From Andalucia godoyi And28 (Eukaryota > Protista > Jakobida): a stretch of DNA of 64,000 bases. Shown piece by piece: positions 55,297-64,000 of this stretch. Within the stretch, counting starts at the first letter, position 1; every line of letters begins with the position of its first letter. Under the pieces are notes generated by a model. It had not been told where the DNA came from, did not search any database, and saw nothing but the letters and a program-made list of their open reading frames with translations. The translations under genes were made by a program, and so were the position numbers. Location of the stretch: contig VRVR01000065.1 of NCBI GenBank assembly GCA_009859145.1, forward strand, positions 26,915 through 90,914, given 5' to 3'.

Positions 55297-56191
55297 TTGA
55301 GAATCAGACAACAAAAAACGCGCGTTGCAGAACTCGTTCATTTACTCATGTGCAATGCGAACAAGACGCTTTATGTTCGTGTCTATTCCGGCCACTGGCA
55401 CTCTGGAGCATCCAGAATTCCGGAAGCGTTCGCCCGGCAGATTGGCAGACTTGTATCACTTATCGAAGCTGCTGTTGACGAAGGCTCCATTTGTGATAAG
55501 AACAAGGAATATGTCTTGGTATACAACGTCCAGCTTGCTGCGGAGAACTGCGGAGTGTCCGTGAACATGCTGATTCGCCAGAACTGCTCCATTCAAGAAA
55601 CAACGGATCTCAGGGGCCGTCCAGCACATCTTTTTGTGGACGTCGATTCTGGCATAGTTCGAAATAGCACTTCGGCACTCATTGCTGCCGGACTCATGAA
55701 TCCGTACGATCAAAATGGATGATGGATGTGGCTACCTTCCAGCTGCGGAGTACGGTTCCTTTCGAGGATTCGAGCCCACTACGTCGTTCCTGGCGTTTGA
55801 ATCCGATCAGCCGATGCAATTACCAACCATATGGCACACTCCGCACGGTCCAGAAGGCGAACTGAAGGGCAACAGTCATTTAACAGCTTGTACGACGCTT
55901 GGGGACGCTTTCACGCGTCTTTTGGATTCGAATGCGATGACAAGAGTGTTGCTGGAAACTTCCGGTCCACCTGCCACGTATCTGGGGAGAAAATCGTTGT
56001 GTAGTGCCCGGATTATCAAATTCGTATCTCTGACCACAAGGAGTCAAAATGCAACGATCTACGCTTCCAGCGCCGCAGCAAATGAACAGGACGACAGAAT
56101 TGTCCTAGAAGAGGCAGCAGTCATGCATGAAGCCTTTCCTGATATCATGTTAGTACGAAGTCCGAAAGTACGTCGATTTTCCGTGGCTTGA
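55297..56191 (+). pseudogene. Unknown-family gene, copy B, split by a frameshift at about 55715-55722
   Basis: Roughly 75% aa identity to copy A N-half, including a 33-nt identical block TTCATTTACTCATGTGCAATGCGAACAAGACGC; ORFs 55297 and 55715 are in different frames. Confidence 0.75.
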
Positions 56192-56679
56192 TTTAAGATT
56201 TGAACTAACACAGAGGATTGGATTGGAGCGCAACACTCGTTTCGTACCACAGGTCGTCACGCAGACAGATCTTCAGTGAATATCTCATGTTCAGACTTCA
56301 GAATCCCCATCCAGTATTCCATAGTTGGGTATAATTCCAGCTTTCATCAGTCGTTGGCAACAACTACGCACACTTAGAAACCAGGACCATTTGACACGTG
56401 AGCATTAAGTGTCTGCGATCACAAAATAGCAGATCGGAGGTAACTGTTGGTAAACAAGTGGCCAAAACAGGGAAAAGAAACCTTTCCGAGGTTTAATCCC
56501 TTGGACAATTTATCTGCGGACAGCAGCTTTTCACAATTTGTGTTTCAGTTGTTTGACAAATCCCTTACGTCATTTTCCGGCGCATGGCACATGGCGTGAC
56601 AGAAGAAGTGCACAATCTGGCGGCAACGATGTATATCAAGCTGTTGGGAATTCATAAAAACCACAAATGAACATCTTTC

Positions 56680-57243
56680 TCACATATAACTTTTGCAAGC
56701 GTTTCGCCAAACAAAACGAGGTCTTAGCTGATACAGGTCGCCATTCATATTCTGCAAAACGGGGAAAGGAAACCGCAGTCGATGGTCGCTGATGTCGTTG
56801 AATCCTGTCAATTGTTGAATCGTAGGCGAGATGACAGTAGGAAACATTGTCGAGAACGACGGCAATTGCATCGTTTTCGGCTTGCCATCGAGCGAGAAAC
56901 TGGGTGTGGGAACTGCAGAAAACAGGAGAGAAGGAGACTGAATGTTAGGATCAATTGGCTTTTTCTGCACTGGAAGCACATGGGGCTTCGATACAATTGG
57001 AGTAGCCGGCTCTTCTCCAACTTTCGGCGATCGACGAGCGCCATACCTGTATTCGCAGACCTTGCCCGTCTCCAGGCAGCGAGAACAGGGCGGACCGACA
57101 CGATCGCATGTCCGGTGAGCAATCTTGCATTTTAAACAAGCGTATTGCTGGAGTTGTCGTTGCGGATCTGGCAGATCACTCTTTTCTGCACAAACTAAAG
57201 AATGCAAACCATACCGCTCCGAATTGTGCTGCATCACCGCCAA
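56680..57243 (-). CDS. Zn2Cys6 transcription factor
   Basis: CLKCKIAHRTCDRVGPPCSRCLETGKVC, all six Cys present. Confidence 0.9.
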   Translation of the reverse strand: MAVMQHNSERYGLHSLVCAEKSDLPDPQRQLQQYACLKCKIAHRTCDRVGPPCSRCLETGKVCEYRYGARRSPKVGEEPATPIVSKPHVLPVQKKPIDPNIQSPSLLFSAVPTPSFSLDGKPKTMQLPSFSTMFPTVISPTIQQLTGFNDISDHRLRFPFPVLQNMNGDLYQLRPRFVWRNACKSYM

Positions 57244-57681
57244 AAGAATCTAAATTTTGAAAGTCAGTTGAAGTGAAGGCTGGCATCAGCCATCAATAAT
57301 AATAGGTGAAGCTTGTGACAGTACAAAGAAGAGGTTTTAATACTTTAGTCCCAGCCGACTGGCGAAGAACAAAAAAGAAGGAGAAAAAGAAGTCAAGAAT
57401 AATGGATGGTGGACAAAAATAAAGGATTATCAAAAAATGCAACGAAGTGGCTGACAGCTTCTGGAAATAACTCGGGCTGGACATTCCTTTTCGACAGTCA
57501 CTGCCCTTTTGAGCACCATCTCCCCAAGTCGCAAAATAAAATCCAAAACGAGTTTTTGCAGTATGAGCAGAAGACCAAAATAAACGGTCCCCGCTCAAGG
57601 AACCCGTTTTTTTGCAGCAGACCACATTCTCGCCTCCGTCGTGTTTTCAGGCGACTCCTGCTCGCAACACTATTATATTGA

Positions 57682-60600
57682 CTAAGGTCGTGTGGAGCTC
57701 TTCGGAGACCGTAAGGATGGAGCCCATTTGTCGATCATCGCAATCAGGTCTCTCTTGCTGACAGGTTTGAGCAAACAGTCGGAAAACATGGTCTTCTGCA
57801 AAAAAGATTCTAATCTACCATCAGAGTTTGAACTTGCATCATCCGGATCTTTGTCGAGAATGCGGTTTGCTGTACAACCTATAATGGGCAGATCCGTAAA
57901 TCCTGCTCTCCGCAACTCCCTGCATGCTTGCACTCCATCCTTGACCGGCATGATCATGTCCATGAGCACAGCGTCGAACATTCGTGCTCTGCACGATTCG
58001 CTCGCCTTTCGGGTTCTCTCAACTTGCGCAGCTCTCCGCAAAATGGCCTCAATTCCATCTTGTCCGTCGACTGCAATCTGCACTTTGAAGCCCGCTCTCT
58101 GCAAAAGAAGACTCATCACCTTCCGAACAACGGTGTCATCGTCAACGACCAGAATTTCACGCCCTTCATGCTCAAACTCCGAGCACGAAGAAGAACCGGA
58201 CGATGAAGTGCTGGAATGACAAGCACTTAAAGTTGCCGAACTGGGCTTGTCCACACATTTCGAAGTTGACTGGGCGTTCTCGGATGGGGCAACGATACTG
58301 CTCCAAAGCGTGTCGAAGATGAGTTCCAGTCTCACTGGCTTGCGCAAGAACTTTGGGGGTGAAAACTGAAATTGGCATTTGGAAGCCAGCATTTCTAGAA
58401 GCTTCTGTGTTTTCAAGTCGAGCATAATCTCATCTTCATGCGCACGAGAAACCAAAATGGAGAGTACCACGGGGAAAGACGAGGCCAAGGAAGATTTGGA
58501 TAACCGCCTGAGTTCTTGCAATCCAGCACACAGTGATACAAAGCCTGCATCGTCATCCACATCAATCCACAAAAGAACACACGATTTCTCAGAAGGGGAA
58601 TCCTGTAAGCTCTTAACGAAGGATGACACCTCCAAAAGGGATCCCGAAGTAAATAGCTCATACTGCCAAGGACGAGACAGGGCAGTTGAAAATTCGCTGC
58701 TAATCATTTCTACTATGTCTCGGATTCCAGGCGCCATTTCATTCGTCCGTCCCACCATACACACATGCAACGTCTCGAGTTCGCGATGCATGGCTAAATG
58801 CGAACGCACCTGATGCAGTCTTGCGACAAGCGCACTCTGTGAATCCGGTTGAATCCGGAATGGAATGCGAACATAGAACGTAGACCCGGTGCCTCGTCCG
58901 CGTGACGACGCACCATACTGTCCATTCATGGACTGTACAAGAGATGAACAAATGGACAGCCCCAGTCCCGTTCCAACATGCTGTTGTGCGAATCCATCTG
59001 AAGGACCACCCAGCTGTGAAAACGGACGCCACAACAGATTTGCTTCATGATCATCGAAGCCCATTCCCGTGTCGGTCACTTGTAGTTCCACAATCACAGT
59101 GTCAAAAGCGGATGCGTCTGCTTCCGAAAGATTGACATAAAACGACTCGGATTCTCCCGCTTTCATAGAAAAGCTCTCTGAATTTTCAAATTTTCCAATG
59201 CCAATTTTCAGGTGAATTGACCCGGAAACGGGAGTGAACTTCACTGCATTTGACAGCAGGTTCAGAATGATTTGTTTGGTTCTTCTCGAGTCGCCGACCA
59301 CTAGGCTGCGCAGGTTTGGATCACACACGACGGACAATTCAATCTTCTTGGAATTCATCTGCAGTGCCATCAGATCCACGCATTCTTCTGCAGCCAACAG
59401 CATGTCAAAGGGCTGGTGCTCCAGGACGAACTTCCCCATTTCAATTCTACTCGAATCCAGCACGTCGGCGATGAGTAACAGAAGGAAATCCGTTGCAGAC
59501 GCAATGTATTCCACACACTCGCGCTGATAGCGCGAGAGAGTCTTGTCTTCTTTCAGGATTTGCGACATGGACAAGATTCCCTGAATTGGATTTCGCAGCT
59601 CATGCGACAGCGTGTGCACAATCATCGACTTCATCTTGTTGGCAGCCTCGGACTTGAGAGCTTGAACTTCCGCAACCTGGCGACGATTCGCTTCCGAGAC
59701 GTCACGAAACACAACGATACACAGAGGAGACTCTGCTATGGGATCAAATGTTTTGGACAAATTCATCGAAAACTGAATGTCAGGATGCTCTTGCATAGTG
59801 ACAACTTTGTTTTCCTCTTCGATTTTTGCGATTGTTTCAACAAACAGTCGAATGCCATCGACTGAGTAATCCAGATGAGCGAACTGATTGAGCTTCTTAA
59901 ACACATCGGCAATTCGTCGAACACCATGGATCTGTTCCCCAGAATCGGCGTCTCCATTCTCCAAGGTTAACGGTTCTGCAGAAATGCCAAAGAGCTGTTC
60001 TGCAATCGCGTTCGTTTCCACAAGTAGGCCGCTGTCCTCTCGGAACACGACCATCGGCTCCTTCACGGACCTCCAGATATATCGGAGTTGCTGTTCCGAT
60101 TGGAACAATCGTTTTTCAATGAACATTCGATCCAGCGCATTCACAACGATCTCTGCAACAGAGATCATAAACGTTGAAAAATCTCCCAATGGCCGATGAT
60201 CCGGGTGGAACAATAAGCCCAAGAAGAGTTGTTTTCCGCTTCTCTTGGCCAGCCGGACCATTTTCAGTTCCTGATTTTCTACAATCCTTTCGTCTAACAC
60301 CCCCAAATCAATGTTTTCCATGAGGTGAAGAACTTCAGCCTGACGAATTCCGTAAGCAACATCGATTTCGGGTAGATTGCTCTTGGAAAATTCGATAAGA
60401 AAACCGATTTGGTCCTGAGTCAAACGAAGGGTATTCCTTGTTGATCTGGCACTTGTCGAATTCTTAGGTGCACCAATGGGATAGTGGTGAACACTAACGT
60501 CATATCCAGCGACCAGAAAAACCGTGCGGATTGCATTTGAATGGTCAGTCGACGAAATTCGAGGATGAGGACAGTATTTTCGAAGAGTCTCGGGAAACAG

Positions 60601-61791
60601 TGAAGAACCAAAAAGATGCAGGGCCTGGTTCATTAACGCCAACTTATCTGTCTCGAGAATGGCGATATTTCCGAGCTGGGCCAGTGCTTCCAACTGACTG
60701 TATCCCGCACGAAGCTCAGTTCGATCATTGTAGAGGTGTCGATCACTCGACAAACGTGTGCTTTGCAAAAGAAAGTGTCCACACACTTCGTACCATTCCT
60801 CGATCAATGGTCGCAGCAGGTACTTGACAAAAATGGTGGCGCGTTCCAGTTTCGCCATTCGAGATCGAGCATAAACGACTGATACGAGCGCGATCACATC
60901 GCCGGCCGCATCATCGAAGCACGGATACGCGAAGACTTCCTTCTCTGATCCGCTGATTTCACGTTCGCAATCGGTCTCTCTGGACAAACATTGTTGCAGT
61001 AGATCATTCACATCCTTCAATTCTGTACTTGGGGTCAGAAACTCGCCGGAAAGATCACATTTGAAATTGTGGAACGATTCAAACGGCTTGAGAGACACGG
61101 AAAACCCTGTGATTCCCGAGTCCGCAAGGAACGGTTTTGCGAGTGTGCTGCACAGCTCATCAAAAAGAACCATGTCAGACTGATCGAAGCGGGGCTGTGA
61201 AGTGGGATCCGCGGCAGTGGAGGAAGACATGAGGATGTCTTCGAACCGCCGCGAAAGACTGAGCCAAAACCCGGATTCGTACACCAAGGGAAGAAGCGTT
61301 CTGTAGAGATTCCGCACTGCCGAGTCTCGAAAAAAGAAGAAAAGGACAGACGAACTGGAAAAATCAACAAATGCCGATACCTGCTTCACCAACACGGAAT
61401 CATCGGGACCGGGAAACGATGCCGACATCGAACCTGAAAAGTCAACAAACACAACAGCGGAATCCAGTTTACGCTCCTCTATACGCTTCGTTATAAGTTG
61501 AGGAATGTCCTGATTCGGCAACGATGCTCCAGAATTCTCGAACAGCCGCAGCCATTTCCTCTTCTTGAGCCGGTGCTTTGGCAGCCCCGTTTCTGCGCAG
61601 AAAACATCCGATACAGAAATGCAGTCCAGAGATGGCCATTTGCAAAAAAGGGATGCTATGGGCAGCCTCGAAACAAGTAACTTCATCGAACCCGGACTGT
61701 TAAAATGAACGACTGTCTGACACGATTGAATACAGAAAAACGAAGACCACGGAAGGTAGGAAGGAAGCACGCAGTTTTGTCGGGGGGTCAA
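57682..61791 (-). CDS. Hybrid histidine kinase (sensor region, PAS, HisKA, HATPase, degenerate REC, REC)
   Basis: SHELRNP, NAVKFT, DTGMG, GTGLGL and REC (VVDDD, LMDMIMP, TAN, KPV). True start uncertain (ATG at 61428 is plausible). Confidence 0.93.
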   Translation of the reverse strand: MTPRQNCVLPSYLPWSSFFCIQSCQTVVHFNSPGSMKLLVSRLPIASLFCKWPSLDCISVSDVFCAETGLPKHRLKKRKWLRLFENSGASLPNQDIPQLITKRIEERKLDSAVVFVDFSGSMSASFPGPDDSVLVKQVSAFVDFSSSSVLFFFFRDSAVRNLYRTLLPLVYESGFWLSLSRRFEDILMSSSTAADPTSQPRFDQSDMVLFDELCSTLAKPFLADSGITGFSVSLKPFESFHNFKCDLSGEFLTPSTELKDVNDLLQQCLSRETDCEREISGSEKEVFAYPCFDDAAGDVIALVSVVYARSRMAKLERATIFVKYLLRPLIEEWYEVCGHFLLQSTRLSSDRHLYNDRTELRAGYSQLEALAQLGNIAILETDKLALMNQALHLFGSSLFPETLRKYCPHPRISSTDHSNAIRTVFLVAGYDVSVHHYPIGAPKNSTSARSTRNTLRLTQDQIGFLIEFSKSNLPEIDVAYGIRQAEVLHLMENIDLGVLDERIVENQELKMVRLAKRSGKQLFLGLLFHPDHRPLGDFSTFMISVAEIVVNALDRMFIEKRLFQSEQQLRYIWRSVKEPMVVFREDSGLLVETNAIAEQLFGISAEPLTLENGDADSGEQIHGVRRIADVFKKLNQFAHLDYSVDGIRLFVETIAKIEEENKVVTMQEHPDIQFSMNLSKTFDPIAESPLCIVVFRDVSEANRRQVAEVQALKSEAANKMKSMIVHTLSHELRNPIQGILSMSQILKEDKTLSRYQRECVEYIASATDFLLLLIADVLDSSRIEMGKFVLEHQPFDMLLAAEECVDLMALQMNSKKIELSVVCDPNLRSLVVGDSRRTKQIILNLLSNAVKFTPVSGSIHLKIGIGKFENSESFSMKAGESESFYVNLSEADASAFDTVIVELQVTDTGMGFDDHEANLLWRPFSQLGGPSDGFAQQHVGTGLGLSICSSLVQSMNGQYGASSRGRGTGSTFYVRIPFRIQPDSQSALVARLHQVRSHLAMHRELETLHVCMVGRTNEMAPGIRDIVEMISSEFSTALSRPWQYELFTSGSLLEVSSFVKSLQDSPSEKSCVLLWIDVDDDAGFVSLCAGLQELRRLSKSSLASSFPVVLSILVSRAHEDEIMLDLKTQKLLEMLASKCQFQFSPPKFLRKPVRLELIFDTLWSSIVAPSENAQSTSKCVDKPSSATLSACHSSTSSSGSSSCSEFEHEGREILVVDDDTVVRKVMSLLLQRAGFKVQIAVDGQDGIEAILRRAAQVERTRKASESCRARMFDAVLMDMIMPVKDGVQACRELRRAGFTDLPIIGCTANRILDKDPDDASSNSDGRLESFLQKTMFSDCLLKPVSKRDLIAMIDKWAPSLRSPKSSTRP

Positions 61792-62580
61792 CCCTTTGCA
61801 AAAATCGGCTCTTCAGTTGTTGGAAGCTTCTGCCTCAGAGCATACGAATTGAACCTCCGATGAACAGAAGAAGCACAACACTCGTCACCAGCTGTCAAAC
61901 CATCCCGATTTTGGTGTGACTGTTCCTACCAGGCGCCCCGACGAAGGAGACCTTTCCATTTCAGTTTTCGAATGTCGCAGTATGAGCGGACAACGGTTAA
62001 GCAGACGGAGCTGCCGTTTGGTGATTCGCGATTTCCACTGGAAGATTAACTCTGAATGAGGAATGTTTTGCCCGTGGAATACGCTTGACGGAGCAGATAC
62101 ATTGGCCTTGCTCAGCAGATCAGGTTTTATCGCTTCAAAGAAAAGAAACCGCAATAAGTGCTCCATCGCACATTCTTGGACACAACATGACCCAAGGGGA
62201 GGTTCTCTTCTCTCGGCAGGCAAATGTTTTGGGCAAGAATTTGTAACTTTCTCGACCGAAATGGTCCCGATTTGAGCATTATTCCGCATTTTGAGACTTG
62301 TGGAGCGCTGCATGAAGCGCGTTTGTAGAACCTTCACCTGCAATCCTCCACCACGCAATCAACGCCCAGCCTTCTCTCCGCGTCACTTGCCGTGGGAACT
62401 CCCCAGCATTTGAATCCTCGTGAATGAACGATTTTGCAGAGTCGCATTTCCCCGGTGCGGTGCTTCATTCTTTTCCGCCTACAATTTATTTTTTGTTCTC
62501 ACAAGAAGAAAGTCCTGCTTTCTCACACAGATATCGATTCTTTTTTGAGTGCAACCCGAACTGTATAACAAGGAGAGAGA

Positions 62581-63360
62581 ATGGAACCGCCCCGCACAGT
62601 GCGTCCCGACAGCGTTCATGTCTATGAAGGACTGAACAAAAAGCGTTTCCCGTACGCAGACGACTCTGTTCTCCTTGGCCGTGTGCGCAAGGACTGGGGT
62701 CGTACAGATCCCGTGTCGAGCCTTCCGCCGAAGCCGGAGAACCTTGCATATCCTCGATCACTGCTCATCCGCAGCGAGCTTCCGAACGGAATGCTGTCAT
62801 ATCACGTGCTGCCGGTATGGCTGATGATGATGCCCACATTTCTGAAGCAGCTCCCCCTTATCAGCGCCATCTGGACCGGGTTCATGTTCTTGACGATGCG
62901 CTTCCAGGATCGTGCGAACAGCAAAGTGAACATCGCCGAACAGACTCTGCAAGTTGCTGCGCTCTCTCTCTTCGCGCTCGCAACCGTGCTTGCGCTGTAT
63001 GTCAAGGCGCAGTTCGACGGCCTGATGCGGTTCCGCTCGGTCGAGTTCATGGATGGTGCCGACTCGCTTCGCCGTGCGCTCATGACTGTGTTGATTGAGA
63101 ACCGCAACACCCTCCGACTTCTCAAGCTCTCTTGGTTCCTTGGCATCACATGCATGTTTGCGTCGATGATTCTCTTCATGTGGAACCGTCTGGTCAAACT
63201 GGGCGACGGAGAAACGGATAACAATGGTCTTGCTGCCTGGATTGCATTGACTGCATTCTCTTCCGCAATCTGGATTGCAATGCTGGCGTCTGCCTCTCGT
63301 TTGATCAACAAGGGGACGTACATTCTCAGTTTGGACCGCAACGTCCTCCTCCACCATTAG
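62581..63360 (+). CDS. Four-TM membrane protein of unknown function
   Basis: 259-aa ATG ORF with two pairs of hydrophobic helices and GC3-rich codons. Confidence 0.7.
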   Translation: MEPPRTVRPDSVHVYEGLNKKRFPYADDSVLLGRVRKDWGRTDPVSSLPPKPENLAYPRSLLIRSELPNGMLSYHVLPVWLMMMPTFLKQLPLISAIWTGFMFLTMRFQDRANSKVNIAEQTLQVAALSLFALATVLALYVKAQFDGLMRFRSVEFMDGADSLRRALMTVLIENRNTLRLLKLSWFLGITCMFASMILFMWNRLVKLGDGETDNNGLAAWIALTAFSSAIWIAMLASASRLINKGTYILSLDRNVLLHH

Positions 63361-63529
63361 TCATGTGACTGGCGTGCAGCTGCGTTTGCTTTTTTGGGAA
63401 AAAAAGTCATTCCCTCCTTTCTTTGTCGACCAGGTAGCTTGTGACTTGTAAACAATGCAATGATCCCGTTTCCTCGGGGGCGAATCCCATTAAAAAAAGC
63501 CATGGCGGATTCCAGAACGAGAGATGATG

Positions 63530-63538
<9 letters not shown>

Positions 63539-63576
<38 letters not shown>
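63539..63576. repeat. (TA)19 microsatellite
   Basis: Read directly; lies between two convergent genes. Confidence 0.95.
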
Positions 63577-63579
<3 letters not shown>

Positions 63580-63644
63580 TCTTCGTCTTCTTCCATGGCC
63601 GTTCCTGTCCTTTTTGTTTTTCGGAAAGTGTCTTGTCGATTCAT

Positions 63645-64000
63645 CTAACATTCGTTTATAGCATTGTTCATGGACGCGATCCTTGCACTCGCGAATTCAA
63701 AGAAAGCTCGATTTGTCACCAGTTTAAGGGCTGCTCCACGAAGGATTCGCTCTCCCCATCCCGCATTTGTGGATGCGAGAGGTTCAACCACTTTCTTGAT
63801 CCAGTCCGCTCCATGCACAGGGTCGACGGCTGCATGGACGTCATAAAATGGAATAGCATCCTGCGGTACGTTCAGTCGCTGCAGGGCCTTGACGATGGCC
63901 TTGCAGCGGATGCCTGCCTGCAGCTCAATCATTCCCAAAGCACCAATGAGTTCGGGTTGCAGCGATCGTCGACCCGCGAGCACAGGGCACAGCAGTTGTC
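63645..64000 (-). CDS. Heme-oxygenase-like iron-containing redox enzyme (HDO family), 5'-partial
   Basis: LIGALGMIE ... FYDVHAAVDPVHG, matching the E...H-x3-D-x2-H diiron motif; the gene runs off the window end. Confidence 0.75.
   Translation of the reverse strand, partial: QLLCPVLAGRRSLQPELIGALGMIELQAGIRCKAIVKALQRLNVPQDAIPFYDVHAAVDPVHGADWIKKVVEPLASTNAGWGERILRGAALKLVTNRAFFEFASARIASMNNAINEC

Noticed and set aside
62797-63357. Two ~180-aa minus-strand ORFs
   Set aside because: Antisense shadows typical of a GC3-rich gene.
63357-63644. ORF containing IYIYIY run
   Set aside because: Translation of the (TA)n microsatellite.

Overview
Gene-dense, almost intron-free DNA from a microbial eukaryote, probably a protist (inference: it combines MEF2-type MADS, SHAQKY-type Myb, Zn2Cys6 factors, hybrid histidine kinases and a multi-pass class III cyclase; the organism cannot be named from sequence alone). 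The left part (about 1-29 kb) looks accessory. It holds a kinase-KEN (IRE1/RNase L-like) gene, three tandem acidic NLS-bearing paralogs, a bacterial-type SF2 helicase, an apparently inactivated NCLDV-type D5 primase-helicase and many decayed ORFs. It also holds two ~150-nt AT-rich elements, each closed by a long self-complementary stem whose substitutions between copies are mirrored in both arms; this is the most unusual signal in the window. The middle (30-43 kb) has an AlkP-family phosphodiesterase, an aquaporin, secreted or membrane proteins, an alpha/beta hydrolase and transcription factors. The right part (43-62 kb) is a signalling cluster: adenylyl cyclase, two hybrid histidine kinases (one with two frameshifts), a REC-Hpt protein, MADS and Zn2Cys6. 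No tRNA, rRNA or CRISPR array was seen. All family calls come from motif recognition by eye, not database searches.
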